Shown: in pieces, positions 13,301 to 27,786 of the stretch
Numbering within the stretch: position 1 is the first letter of the stretch
Layout: each line of letters begins with the position of its first letter
Origin: Owenia fusiformis
Taxonomy: Eukaryota
Direction: 5' to 3'
DNA: 64,000 nt
Assembly (NCBI GenBank): GCA_903813345.2
Contig: CAIIXF020000001.1
Location: 28,644,001-28,708,000, forward strand
The notes under the pieces: model-generated
The model's database searches: none
What the model was told of the DNA's origin: nothing
What the model saw: the letters and a program-made list of their open reading frames with translations, nothing else
Translations under genes and position numbers: made by a program

Positions 13301-14020
13301 ATTTTTTTTTTTCAAATAAACATCAACGATGCATCGCTACAAACGGAAAAAGGAACTACTTCTTGTGGATGGCTTCGTAGGAAAATTAAGTGAGTGTCCT
13401 TTACTGCGTCATCAGCAGGCGTCTCAGATCGTCACATTTCGCCCCTTAGCCTGTATGCATAATCTGAGTGGGGCAGCGATGGTAAGGTCTTAAACATCGC
13501 TCGCTGAAGGACACCACTTGTCATTCCTCTTGAGCCAGAGCCACCGTGAGCTGGACTCTGCCACAGCACCTACTGCCTTAACTGCCGACTTCAGCTTGGA
13601 TGGTGTTAGTCCAAGCTGAGATAGAAGGTAGCCCAGCGAGGAGGCTGGGAACCCCCTACATCCCACTTCTATTGGGTACTGCACTGCATGCCACCCCCTT
13701 GTTATGGCCTCGTCTACCAGATCTTGGTATTTGGCTTTCTTAAGCTGATGGGATATTTCCAGTCGGTCTTCCCAGGGTACTGTGAGCTCGATGATGATGA
13801 TGCTCCTGCTGAGCTGTGATATCAGCAGCATGTCGGGACGGAGCTTGGTGACTACTATATCCTGTGGGAAGACACGTTTTTGGAAGAGGTCAGTTCTTAA
13901 AGTCCAGTCTGTTGCCTTGGTGAGAATGTTGGGCTGGAGTACAGGCAGAGATGGTTTCTGATGGGCTTTGCTGCCTTCTTTGACAAACTTAATGAGTCTT
14001 GGTCTTACATTGCCCCTGCT
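13301..14020 (-). mobile_element. 5'-truncated non-LTR retrotransposon with a restriction-like endonuclease (Hero/R2-group)
   Basis: Minus frame ...DW...FPQDIVVTKLRPDMLL...IIIELTVPWE...KKAKYQDL...PIEVGCRGF...SSRWLWLKR; stop at 13490; 3' UTR and A-tail (T-run ~13302-13312); higher GC than the flanks. Confidence 0.85.
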
Positions 14021-16958
14021 GGTGTATCAGTATATCAATTCAAAAGAACAGCAGTTAAGGTCATTTTGTTGAGTGAGTTTTTTAGTGAGTATTATTTCTG
14101 AAACAGAACATAAAATCAAAAAATTTGGGGTTTGTACCAAATATTCAGTTTCCGATGTTTAAAAATATTTGATAGCAGATGAAAAATTAGAACCAGTTAT
14201 TCCATAAAGAAAATAGAATTTTCATTCATCGCTTTAATTGTTTTGAGAAACTTTACAAATGTTCAGATTGTACTTTCAAATGTTGCCTTTATGTTAAATC
14301 CTCAAATTGTAAATGTTGTGTAACACACATGTAGATAATACATGCCAGACACAGATGTAGTTACAAAGACCAATCATGATATGACATTCAAATTTTTTAT
14401 TTTAATTTTACTAGTTTACAATATTTTAACACGCGTGATACTAACAATTGAGATATTGTGTAGATAATAAGCACTATATTTTGTACTATATTTACATAAC
14501 TATACATATGTATTATTGTATATTTACTATATCAGCATTAACTGAACTTACATTCACTCAACCTTAATGTATTTTGTGCTTTTATATTAAAGGGTAATGG
14601 CTGAACTATACATCCCCATAATCAGCTTTCAAGAGATTCCAACTTTCAGGGGATGGCTCAAAGTTTTAAATTTTATAGACCATTTAAGAACCTTGTCAAT
14701 TTTGAAAAAAAAATTACCAGGTTTGACTAAGCCAGAATTTTTTAAGAAAAAGCATAGGTCAGAATTTTTCTGCAGGGTCTCTGCAAAGTAAAGGTAACAC
14801 CATAATGGAAACCAAAACCGGACTAGATTACTAAACTTATGACAACCATTGACACAGATTGTTTATATTATTCACTGATATACAAAAATGTAAATTGCTA
14901 TGTGTATGCCTCATTTCTGGTTTCATTTCTATCACGGACCTAAAGTCTGTGTTTCTATGAATGATGTAGAATTGACAAATGAAGCTGAATTTGTAAGAAA
15001 TTATTCATTATTCGTAAATGTAAATTACTGCAAAATATCATGTGTTTTATTTATTTATGAGGAATATTATATATATTATTAAAAAATGTTGTGTATCTTA
15101 AGCTAAACACTACAATAATGTTATTGTACATGTATGAGTATTTTCTCTCTTAAAATGATATATCTGTTTTTAATTTTTGATTTCTTAGTGTTATTAACAA
15201 TCCACGTGATTAATTTTAAAATATATTTAATGTTGTGTTTATGTGTTTGTCATTAAAAAGATAAATATAAACATTGCCTTTAAGTAGGCATAAAACATAG
15301 AAATATAATTTGTTACTTTCATATACTATTAATAACAGCCCTATCAGAAAGACTACCAACATTTTTGTAATTTTTGAAGCAAGTGGGTTCATGAAAATAA
15401 TAAAAAGTTCATTGAGTTTCAGTAGACTTGTTCCCAAAACTTTCTCTGTTTTCAGACTTGGTTTAGATAATTATCAGATACATTGATTACTTTCAGATCT
15501 AAAGTTTTTCCTTGCTTCTGTGTAAAATTTGCATGGTCTTTGCAATCAGTCAGAAATAAATACAACTGTTAAACGAGGCATTAACATGCAAAATGTCACT
15601 ACCTGCCATTTGTTACAGACACTGAATGCTGAACATCAACCGCCGTCCACTAAAAGACCTTATGTCACCACTTGTGGTGGTGACATAACAGTAATTCAGT
15701 ATTCAATTTTTTTCTGAATCACAATATGATACAGTTAGACCCACCAACATCAACATCTTTGGAACATTTACAAGTTATTCAGGTTTGATTTATAATTTAG
15801 TGATTCACTCATTGTTCAGGTAGCAGAGAACGATACTTTTCCACAAATGATAAATGGTGAGACTTCCTCATCCTTCTTCAAAGGACTTCATTTATGCTTA
15901 AATTCAGCCCTTCACTCAAGCCCAGGTAGTTTCATTCTTGGGGCCTTATATAAGCTGAGTTTCCTAGTGGTCAACGCAGAATATGCGTTGTGCAAATTGT
16001 CCAATTACATGTCTCATTTCCTGGAACTTATGAATAATCTTACCATTTGTGTCTCTTCAAACCACCTTATTTTTGCAGTATTCTTTTTCTTTTTCGTGAA
16101 ATTGTTAAATATTTTAATTTTGGACATACTATAGAATGTTCTACGGATGATGTTTCATTCTTAAGCTAATATTTTTATAGATCCTATGATTTTTGTGGTA
16201 AAGATTACAAACTTCTAAGTCATAAGATATGTAAGGGCATACCACTATAGTATAAAGACAGCTTTGTGGACCATTCAACAGGATTTTAATTACCCTTGTA
16301 CACTGTGTGTAGTAGTTCTCTTAGGGTATGTGGTGTAGGCTTATATTGTTTAATGTCCAGTTTGTTTGCTCAAGCCCAACAATTGAATAGAGAGAAGCAA
16401 GGGTATATACTTGTAAAATACCCTTGCAGCAAGGATGAGACTTCCTGAGTATGGAACATTGTCATAATCCATCAGTTCCCTGTTTGTATTTAATACATCT
16501 GCAGCATTACTAATTAGTTGTTTAGAAGTTTTTAAGTGTTCAGTTCTGGTGAAACAGGCGAAGAAAATCCGGCATGCTGTACTTTAAGCCAGGTCTTTTA
16601 TCATATAAGATTTACTCTGACATTAGCTGATATAATTTGAAACAACACAAATGGATGGGGGTATTAGGATAATGCAACCACTGCTGTGTACTAATTACTG
16701 ATTCAGATTGTGTTTTGTTGTGGTCTTTTAATTTATCTTTTATGGGAAAGGTGGAGGTCTATTTGGATTTCTGAATTATTTATTCCTTTTCTGAAACACC
16801 TTCCCATTTTATGTAAATGGGTAATGCTCGTATATCAAGCATTTATTATAGGGCAATGTTCTGTACCATTCTGTTTTAGGCTGTACTCTCTTTTCTCCCA
16901 TATTGTTTTAAAGCTGTACCATTCTGTGTCTTAATCTTTTGAACTTTCCTGTTTTATA

Positions 16959-19024
16959 CAGGGCCGTCAGATGGGGGGGGGGGGTGCGATGGGTGCGACC
17001 GCACCCCCCTTTGTCACCCCCAAAATAAATTTGAAAAAAAATGTGAAAAAAATCTTTTTTTTGAAAAATATTTTTTTTGTAATTTTTGTTTCATTCGACA
17101 TTGACTCATACACTTTGAAAGTACCCAGAAAGCACCAAATAGCATCTTAAAATTTTGAAAATTTCTAGGGGTATTGGCCACCCCTCACACCCCCCTCCCC
17201 CACAAAACAATGGAAAAGTTCTAAATTTATTTTAGTGTTTTGTCTCAGACACTTTTAAAGTGCCCAGACATCATCAAATAGCTCCTTGATATAGTTAGTG
17301 TTTCTGGGGGACTTGCTCCCCCTCTTGCATCTTGCACTTGCATAACCCCCCCCCCCCTCTGGCGCCCCCCCCCCCAAAGAAAAATTGTGATTTTCTCAAA
17401 TTCTTTAATTGACTCATACACTTTGAAAGTGCCCAGAAAGCACCAAATAGCGTCGTAAAATTGTAAGATTTGCTAGGGGGAGTGGGCCACCCCTCACACC
17501 CCAAACAAAACAATGGAAAAGTACTGAATTTGTTTTATATATTGTCTCATGCAGACACTTTTAAATTGCCCAGAAATCATCAAATAGTTCCATGATAAAG
17601 TTAATGATTCTAGAAGACTAACACTTACTCGCCCTCTGGCATCCCCACTCCACCTCCCCCTCTGGCAGCCCCCCCCCCTTAACACCCCCTCCCAAAAAAT
17701 TGAGATTTTTCAATTCTTAAATTGACTCATACACTTTGAAAGTGCCCAGAAAGCACCAAATAGCGTCGTAAAATTGTAAGATTTGCTAGGGGGAGTGGGC
17801 CACCCCTCACACCCCAAACAAAACAATGGAAAAGTACTGAATTTGTTTTATACAGTATATTGTCTCATGCAGACACTTTTAAATTGCCCAGAAATCATCA
17901 AATAGTTCCTTGATAAAGTTAATGATTCTAGAAGACTAACACTTACTCGCCCTCTGGCATCCCCACTCCACCTCCCCCTCTGGCAGCCCCCCCCCCCCCC
18001 TTAACACCCCCCTCCCAAAAAATTGAGATTTTTCAATTTTTTTATTGACTCATACCCTTTGAAAGTGCCCAGAAAGCACCAAATAGCATCTTAAAATTGT
18101 AAAATTTTCTTTAGGCACAGACACTTTTAAAGTGCCCAAACTTCATCGAATAGCACCTTGATATTGTAAATTTTGATATGGGGGACAAACACTTGCTCCC
18201 CCCCTGGCACCCCAGCCCCACCTCCCCCTCTGGCACCCCTCCCCCCTTTGACACCCCCAAAATTTGAAAAAAATTGTTTTTCAGTGTTTTTATTGACTTT
18301 TGACACTTTAAAAGTGCCCAGAAGCACCAAATATCATCTTTAAATTGTAAAATTTTCTAGGAGAGTTAGCCACCCCTCACATCCCCAACAAAACAAAAGA
18401 AAATATTCTGAATTTCATGTATTGTCTCACACATTTTTAAGTGCCCAGACATCATCAAATAGCACCTTGATATGGTCAATGTTTCTGGGGGACAACCCCT
18501 TGCTCCCCTACTGGGACCCCACCCCACTTCACCCTCTCATCCTCTTTGACACCCCTAAAAAAATTTGAAAAAAATTCACATTTTTCTTTTTGACTCATAA
18601 CGCACAGGCGTACCAGATGGTTGCAAATTCGCTCCAAATACAACCAAATTTCAAAATTTTCCTGGGGGAGAACTCCTAGACCCCCCTGAATGCTCGGTTT
18701 TTATTCACTCAATTCTTATTCCCGTGGTGGCGGCGTACTACTTAGAAACTTACACTTTGAAAGTGCCCAGAAAGCACCAAATAGCATCTCAAAACTGTAA
18801 AATTTTCTAGGAAGAGTGGACCACTCCTCACACCCTTCACAAAACAATTGGAACGTTTGGAAGTTGCATTTGTTAATTCCAAACCAATACAGGGAGTAAC
18901 TGACCCCCCCCCCCCCCTCTGTCTTACGCGATTTGATTTACGCGGCAAAATAGTGACAATTTTATATTCTCTTTTGTAAGCTAAAAATCGCACCCCCCTT
19001 GGAGAAAAGTGTCTTACGGGCCTG
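16959..19024. mobile_element. Non-autonomous hAT-like element with internal ~310-bp tandem repeats
   Basis: Termini cagggccgtcaga / tcttacgggcctg; subterminal cgcacccccctt repeats; ttgactcatacactttgaaagtgcccagaaagcaccaaatagc repeated about 6 times; TSD unclear. Confidence 0.7.
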
Positions 19025-19039
19025 TATATCATTATGTTT

Positions 19040-21480
19040 TTGACTGTTCTCTATCATATTGTCTTGTTTCTGTATTGCATAGTTTAAGACTGTTCTGTAG
19101 CATATTGTTTTGGACTTTTCTATATTACATAGTTTAAGACTGTTCTGTATCATATTGCTTTGGACTTTTCTGAATTGCATAGTTTAAGACTGTTCTGTAT
19201 CATATTGTTTTGGACTTTTCTGTATTGCATAGTTTAAGACTGTTCTGTATCATATTGTTCAGGACTTTTCTGTATTGCATAGTTTAACATGTTTAAGACT
19301 GTTCTGTATCATATTGTTTTGGACTTTTCTGTATTGCATAGTTTAAGACTGTTATGTATCATATTGTTTTGGACTTTTCTGTATTGCATAGTTTAAGACT
19401 GTTCTGTATCATATTGTTCAGGACTTTTCTGTATTGCATAGTTTAACATGTTTAAGACTGTTCTGTATCATATTGCTTTGGACTTTTCTGTATTGCATAG
19501 TTTAAGACTGTTCTGTATTATATTGTTTTGGACTTTTCTGTATTGCATAGTTTAAGACTGTTCTGTATCATATTGTTTTGGACTTTTCTGTATTGCATAG
19601 TTTAAGACTGTTCTGTATCATATTGTTTTGGACTTTTCTATATTACATAGTTTAAGACTGTTCTGTATCATATTGCTTTGGACTTTTCTGAATTGCATAC
19701 TTTAAGACTGTTCTGTATCATATTGTTCAGGACTTTTCTGTATTGCATAGTTTAAGACTGTTCTGTATTATATTGTTTTGGACTTTTCTGTATTGCATAG
19801 TTTAAGACTGTTCTGTATCATATTGTTTTGGACTTTTCTGTATTGCATAGCTTAAGACTGTTCTGTATCATATTGTTTTGGACTTTTCTGTATTGCATAG
19901 TTTAAGACTGTTCTGTATCATATTGTTTTGGACTTTTCTGTATTGCATAGTTTAAGACTGTTCTGTATCATATTGTTTTGGACTTTTCTATATTGCATAG
20001 TTTAAGACTGTTCTGTATTATATAATTTTGGACTTTTCTGTATTGCATACTTTAAGACTGTTCTGTATCATATTGTTTTGGACTTTTCTGTATTGCATAG
20101 TTTAAGACTGTTCTGTATCACATTGTTTTGGACTTTTCTGTATTGCATAGCTTAAGACTGTTCTGTATCATATTGTTTTGGACTTTTCTGTATTGCATAG
20201 TTTAAGACTGTTCTGTATCACATTGTTTTGGACTTTTCTGTATTGCAAAGCTTAAGACTGTTCTTTATCATATTGCTTTGGACTTTTCTGTATTGCATAG
20301 TTTAAGACTGTTCTGTATCACATTGTTTTGGACTTTTCTGTATTGCATAGTTTAAGACTGTTCTGTATTATATTGTTTTGGACTTTTCTGTATTGCATAC
20401 TTTAAGACTGTTCTGTATCATATTGTTTTGGACTTTTCTGTATTGCATAGCTTAAGACTGTTCTGTATCACATTGTTTTGGACTTTTCTGTATTGCATAA
20501 GACTGTTCTGTATCATATTGCTTTGGACTTTTCTGTATTGCATAGTTTAAGACTGTTCTGTATCATATTGCTTTGGACTTTTCTGTATTGCATAGTTTAA
20601 GACTGTTCTGTATCATATTGCTTTGGACTTTTCTGTGATGTTCATCATTACATTGCCTTTGACTGTTCTGTTCTTTTCTGTATCATTTTGTTTAAGACTG
20701 TTCTTTTCTGTATCATTTTGTTTTAGACTGTTCTTTTCTGTATCATTGTGTTTTAGACTGTTATTTTCTTTATCATATTGTTTAAGACTGTTCTTTTCTG
20801 TATCATATTGTTTAAGACTGTTCTTTTCTGTATCATTTTGTATTAGATTGTTCTTTTCTGTATCACATTGTTTTAGACTGTTCTTTTCTGTATCATTTTG
20901 TTTTAGACTATTCTTTTCTGTATTATTTTGTTTTATTTTCTGTATCATTTTGTTTTAGACTGTTCTTTTCTGCATCATTTTGATTTGACTGTTCTTTTCT
21001 GTATCATTGTGTTTTAGACTGTTCTTTTCTGTATCACATTGTTTTAGACTGTTCTTTTCTGTATCATTTTGTTTTAGACTATTCTTTTCTGTATTATTTT
21101 GTTTTATTTTCTGTATCATTTTGTTTTAGACTGTTCTTTTCTGCATCATTTTGATTTGACTGTTCTTTTCTGTATCATTTTGTTTCAGACTGTTCTTTTC
21201 TGTATCATTTTGTTTAAGACTGTTCTTTTCTGTATCATTTTGTTTCAGACTGTTCTTTTCCGTATCATTTTGTTTAAGACTGTTCTTTTCTGTATTATTT
21301 TTTTTCTTTTCTGTATCATTTTGTTTTGACTGTTCTTTTCTGTATTATTTTGTTTTAGATTGTTCCTTTCTGTATCATTTTTTAGTAGGCTGTTCTGTAT
21401 CATTTTGTTTTATACTGTACAGTTCTATATTATAACTTTCCAAACTGCTCTGTATCATTTTCCTTCATATCATATTGTTT
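19040..21480. repeat. Minisatellite: 50-bp unit (2 x 25 bp) to ~20636, then a related 30-bp unit
   Basis: tgtattgcatagtttaagactgttc-tgtatcatattgttttggacttttc about 30 times; then ttcttttctgtatcattttgttttagactg about 24 times. Confidence 0.95.
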
Positions 21481-22653
21481 TGGAATGTTCTGATATGAAT
21501 CATATTGTTTTCAACTGTACTATTATGTATCAACACATATTTGAAGCTATTCTAATCTGTAACATATGTTTAAGTTTTAGCTTTTGACTGTTCTGTTGCA
21601 TACTGTACAGTGCTGTTCAGTACAGTGCACTACACTACACTACAGCACTGCATTACATTGCACTGTACTGGATTGCACTGTATTGGACTGCTGGTTGCTC
21701 TAAATAGACATGTAGATATGTGATTTATTTACTAGACAACGTTCCACCCCTGCCTCCATAAAGTAGTAATCATTGCGTAGTTCAATTCATACCTGAGGTC
21801 TCTAAAATGCAAAGATCGGGATGAGATATTATTAAATCAGTTGTAATAAACTTCAGCACTGAAGCGGATTTATTAGATTTGTTTTCCATTATTAATGTTT
21901 ACCCCGACATCAATTGTGTATAAAACATTGATGAAGTTTAATCTCTGATTTTTTGCATCTTTTCACTGCGTTATGTTTTCCGTTGTACAGTACTCAGGTA
22001 ATGACAGCTGTGCAATGGATTATTTTATGTTCATTAAGCTGCCTTTATTTTGTGATAATGATTTTTTATCTTCATTCAAAGACAAGAGTGAGGTTAGAAA
22101 ATTATTGTTTGATTGGGTAAGTAGATTGGATGTTCATTTTGGAATGATTCAAAACAATCATTCAGCCGTTACATAGCATATTCTAGAACAATACCCCGTT
22201 TTAATGATTAAGATACAGGATCTTATTATATCCTAAGTACAAAAACTGGGTACAAAAAATTGGGTACCTGAAATTCAACATAAAATGTCATTGCCAGAAA
22301 CTTTCCTACGAGGCCACCCCTGCTGACTATTGTCTTCTGCCAAGTTCGGTCATCGTCTCCGTGTGATTGTGAAGATGAAAATCGGATGCATAGAACATAG
22401 TAAACATAATGAATGTGGTATTGTTGATCACATAAAATTATAAAAAGTCACATTTTCTGGGGAAAATGGTAAATCTCGGACACATGAACAATTTAGCATT
22501 GATATTCAAACATAATATTCTGACAAAAAAATTGAAGTCATTATTAGCTTAAGTATTTGAACGGTATAATATGCCTATCCTTGAGTTTCTGTAAAAAATT
22601 ATGTCAATACCATAATGTTATGATACTTTTCTAGCCTTCTAAAGGCTAAAGGC

Positions 22654-23470
22654 AAAGGATCTTGTACACCTGCCATTATGATCTCCCCATGAACAAAATG
22701 AATCATTTTTAGGTGTAATATAAAGAATACAATGTTACATAATACTTTGGAAAATATTTAAGCGTTTGGCCCCACATGGGCTGAGGTTGGGGTCATTAAG
22801 TTCAGCAAGGGTGTATTGACTTGACATTGGATGTGTTCTATTGACTTAACATGTGGATACCATCAGATTCCAATGGAGGCCATTGGTTTCTATTGATTTT
22901 CACAAAAATACCTAAAATACACTATGACCTGAATCGATTGCAAATTAAATAATTTCACAATATGACACAAATGGTATTTCAGATCAGATGTGCAAATATA
23001 AAGTTTGCAATCGATTCAGGTCATACTTCAAATTAAAAGATTATTCATTTTTTCATCATTTTTTTCCTACAAAATGGCTATAGAAAAATGCTTCAAAAGC
23101 AACTTTTACACTTATGAAATCCCATACAACTTTGTAAATCCAAAGATTATACTGTTATGATTCATTAATTAATAACATATTTTGATAAGATGTAGGGATG
23201 TGTAGGATGCAAATGGATTTTGACAGACACAAAAAGACTTCCTGGTTTGGCATCTCTACCCCTGTACACTTTATGATTGAATATTGCCCTAAAAAGTGGC
23301 CCATTCATCAATACAGTGCTGAATATAGGTCAACAAGATACTAGATTAGTGTACATATAAATGTAATAATAAAAGCAGTATATTTATTTTGAAAAATCAG
23401 ATGAATTTATTTTTGTTCATGGGGAGATCATAATGGCAGGTGTACAAGATCCTTTCTTTGGCACACCCTG
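22654..23470. mobile_element. Tc1/mariner-type MITE, left terminus truncated
   Basis: Inverted repeat aaaggatcttgtacacctgccattatgatctccccatgaacaaaa at both ends; right end ...cacaccctg|TA; inner inverted repeat 22924-23025. Confidence 0.65.
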
Positions 23471-23713
23471 TAGTTGACCTTGGCCTCTTAATGTGACCTT
23501 GATTTTATCGTAGGTCACGAACAGGTAATTCTCTTTCTATGACTTTGCGTCTCTGGCCACAAATGTTGGAAATATGATTAAGGTAGTTCCGTATGTTCAG
23601 AAATTTCTAACTGGTTTCCTTGTTATTTTATGATACGCCTTCATAAACTGCCATGATCTACCTGATTCATTTTTCAAAGGGCATGCATAAATATATATAC
23701 TGTGGGTCACTGA

Positions 23714-25120
23714 TTTTTATCGTACCTAACAAGAGGTACGATATTGTAGTCAGCTTGACGGGGCGGACGGGCGGGCGGGCGTGCGGGCGGGCGGCGGGCG
23801 GCGTCTCACTTTTCAGCTTGTCTACAGGTTTCCAGCCAAACCATTTGAGGGATTCATCTGAAATTTTCAGGGATGTTTCTACATATCAACGTCAAGAACT
23901 GATTAGTCTTTGGGCATTCTGGGTAAATTTTAAGGTAGCCATTTTGGATTTTCCGTCCTAAAATTTTCACTTTCAAGACTTGTCTACAGGTTTTCAGCCA
24001 AACCATTTGAGGGATTCATCTGAAATTCTCAGGGATGTTTCTACATATCAACGTCAAGAACTGATTAGTTTTTGGGCATTCTGGGTAAATTTTAAGGTGG
24101 CCATTTTGGATTTTCCGTCCTAAAATCTTTACTTTCAAGACTTGTCTACAGGTTTCCAGCCAAACCTTTTGAGGAATTCATCTGAAATTTTCAGGGATAT
24201 TTCTACATATCAACGTCAAGAACTGATTAGTTTTTGGGCATTCTGATTAAATTTTAAGGTGGCCATTTTGGATTTTCCGTCCTAAAATCTTCACTTTCAA
24301 GACTTGTCTACAGGTTTTCAGCCAAACCATTTGAGGGATTCATCTGAAATTTTCAGAGATGTTTCTACATATCAACGTTAAGAACTGATTCGTTTTTGGG
24401 CATTCTGGGTAAATTTTAAGGTGGCCATTTTGGATTTTCCGTCCTAAAATCTTTACTTTCAAGACTTGTCTACAGGTTTCCAGCCAAACCTTTTGAGGGA
24501 TTCATCTGAAATTTTCAGGGATGTTTCTACATATCAACGTCAAGAACTGATTAGTTTTTGGGCATTCTGGTTAAATTTTAAGGTGGCCATTTTGGATTTT
24601 CCGTCCTAAAATCTTCAATTTCAAGACTTGTCTACAGATTTTCAGCCAAACCATTTGAAGGATTCATCTGAAATTTTCAGGGATGTTTTTACATATCAAC
24701 GTCAAGAACTGGTCGGTTTTTTGGCATTCTGGGTAAATTTTAAGGTGGCCATTTTGGATTTTCCGTCCTAAAATCTTCACTTTCAAGACTTGTCTACAGG
24801 TTTCCAGCCAAACCATTTGAGGGATTCATCTGAAATTTTCAGGGATCTTTCTACGTATCAATGTCAAGAACTGATTAGTTTTTGGGCATTCTAGGTAAAT
24901 GTTAAGGCTGCCATTTTAGATTTTCCGTCCTTAAATCTTGTCTATCGAGGCTTGTCTACAGGTTTCCAGCCAAACCGTTCAAATTTTTACATAAGTTACA
25001 CAGTGATAAGTTCTAGAGCTGATTCACTTTTCTGCGGCCATCTTGCTTTCTTGGTCAACAAGACCACAATGCTGTGTTTTAGGTACGATATTGTTCACGT
25101 CTGTGCCTTGTTTCTTTTTT
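23714..25120 (+). mobile_element. Helentron-associated non-autonomous element (HINE/DINE-1/pearl-like) with 7 x ~162-bp satellite
   Basis: T-run, subTIR atcgtacct, short IR aggtacgat, (GGCG)n microsatellite, tandem array 23817-24980, 3' subTIR aggtacgat at 25081, small hairpin, T-run. Confidence 0.85.
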
Positions 25121-27440
25121 ATAGATCTAGGATATGGATCGATGCTCAATGAACTTTTTGTACAAATCTGATAAATGTAAACCATGGAATGAGTTATGCC
25201 TATCTGAAAATAACATGGCATTCTAATTTGGAAGCCATTAAAATTTCTGAACATTCGGTTGTACCTTAAATAAATCTAGAAATGTTTGCAAGAGTAATCA
25301 AATAGTCCCGTCATCAGAAATACCTGGATATGAGTAGATAGTTGTGGACCTATGTTCTTTCTCTCATAAATAACAACAGTAAAATGTCTCTGTTTCGCAT
25401 TGGGTCAGAAGCTTAATTAGTTGTAAGATCATTGTCACCGTGTACGCGTTCATCCGCACCACCTCCGGATCATCAATCGCATCATTTACTTGATTCTCTC
25501 CATGCAAGACAACAACGCACTTAACGTGGAGTTTTATGTGTAATACACGATATAATTTGGCTTTGGATTATTACGTGATTAACTACTTTAAGAAATCATT
25601 AACAAACTGATGTTCATTAAGTAATTTAGAACAGACTCAGAGTAGATGATAGATGAGTAACTAGTTAATATGCTCATGAACACGACGTCGTGTAGTTACT
25701 AATGAAGACACTCTGACTCCTCCCACTTATTACTGTCTAGGGGTTTATCTTCTCTTAAAAACAACCTTTCTACAAGAATTGTTCTTTAACGATTAGAATC
25801 ATAAGGCACTGGAAGTATGATTTGTGGGACACCTTGGAAGGTAAGTCGATTGCTAGTACTGTCATTGTTGAAATAATCTGAATTTAAGTCAGTGGCACTT
25901 TGTTTGAATATAGGTACAATACAATTAGTACAATAAATAAGTACAATGAATTTGAGATTTGGAGCTTTATTTTGCTATAATTGGATCTTATAACCTGATG
26001 AAAAGCAAATTATATCTTAAAATACATCTCTTTTTAAATTACATTGATAAATAGTCAAAAATGGCGATCCTCAATGAAAAAAGCCGGATTGAAATGTTTT
26101 CAACCATTAGTGATTTAATTTTGAACTGAAATTTAAAACAACTGATTTATAGATAGGAAAATAATAACCTAAAATTACTGAACAAAAACGGGCATTCTGT
26201 AACTCACCTCATTTGCAGATGAGAAGTTCCAAAATTTAGGCGACTGATTATACTAACAAGGCATTAACATGCAAAATGTCACTACCTCCCATTTGTTACA
26301 GACGCACTGAAACACTGTCCACAAAAAAACACTTGTGGCGGGCGGGTGACATTAAAGGGCATCAACTATTTACTTAGTTGTGTGACGGCTTATATCAAAA
26401 TATATTGTACTGTATTTGTTGCACACATTTACGAGGAGATTTTCGTTTTTTGCACTGTCTGTAAAATAATGATGCTCTTAACAATGCACTGACAGACAGT
26501 TGGAACTGGCACCAGATTAATCCCAAGATCTGGAATTGTATCGTTTTCGTAAAACGAAAACGCGTGTTTGTGTTCATTGAAATATAACATTGTCTATCTA
26601 ACAGAATATTGCAAGGCAGAACAATTTTGATCTATCATTTCTATCTGAAACGTTTTACACATTTTGCATCATTCAGATCTATTGACGAGCTGCAGGTTAT
26701 ACATCATTATAATTTAATTTACGGTGTTATCTAGGCAGAGATCGGATCAGAGTGCTTGAATTAGTTTATCTTGGGAGACGAACTGTCAAGTTTTGAGAAA
26801 TTCCCATAATTAAAGTCAAGGAACTTTTTACTTATTTTTGTTTAGTTCAATATGATCACCGAAATCAGGTCACTGTGACCTAAAATGTCATTTAACTGAC
26901 TGAGCAATTTTGGTGACAAATAACTGCATTGAATGATTATTGTTTGATAATTTGAATTAATCACATTTTAGTTGGAACTTTAAATAATCAAAGGGAATAT
27001 AATTTCAAGACTTACAATTGCCTCTCTTTAACTCAATGGCGATTATGGAGTCTCTGAACCAAAAAGTCATTCAGACCGTGCACCGGCGATTTATAAGCCT
27101 GGGAGTAAAGGGTAGTAAAGTGTTTGTTGTACTAATAAGTTCAATCGATACATCACCGTTTGTAGTCGACTGCATCGTCAAATTGTTCTGAATGTGAAAT
27201 CAAATGACTCTGACAAACAGCTTTTTGCTTTAAAAAGTCGACTTGATATAATGGACTTTAGAATGCAATTCGTTCGTCAATTCAGAAAAACGATACGATT
27301 CTACATTTTTGATGTTTTATCAAATTACCTAACTTTATTGGGAATAGATTTATATTAATGGAGATGATTCCATACTCGGATAGTGTGTTTTAATTCATCT
27401 AAAAATAGCATAGACTATGGTAATGGACTGCTTATTAATA

Positions 27441-27510
27441 CCCTTTGCATTCGTTTGACTTCACTTCTTAAAAGAGAGCTTCGTAGTTTAACTAGACTCT
27501 GCACGCAGGG
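27441..27510. mobile_element. Tiny (~70-80 bp) TA-flanked MITE; reverse copy at ~52616-52693
   Basis: TA|ccct...aggg|TA; internal ttcacttcttaaaagagagcttcgt shared with the second locus. Confidence 0.55.
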
Positions 27511-27786
27511 TAGCTTATTAAACGACGGGCAATATATTTATGACAGTTGCCATAAATAACAGAGTTCATGTCATAATTTAAAATGACAACTCAAAGAAAT
27601 CAAACAAATCAAACAATAATATTTTAAGGATGAAGAGTAATTTTTCTTTCAAGTTTCAACGTACAAAATTGGCCATGGGTCATTACGAAACGATTCTCAT
27701 TTTGAATAAAGTCAATGCCATATAACTAATATGTGAAAGAATGTATTAAAGTGATTTACTCTTAAACAATTCTTTGATAGTAAGTA

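Noticed and set aside
15750-16600. Coding-like composition on the minus strand
   Set aside because: Frames are broken by stops and no motif was recognised; possibly a decayed TE.
19040-21480. ORFs 20613-20958 and 21099-21587, and a CRISPR-like appearance
   Set aside because: Translations of a tandem repeat; no unique spacers and a eukaryotic context.
21730-22390. Possible decayed ORF or exons on the minus strand
   Set aside because: No consistent frame or recognisable family.
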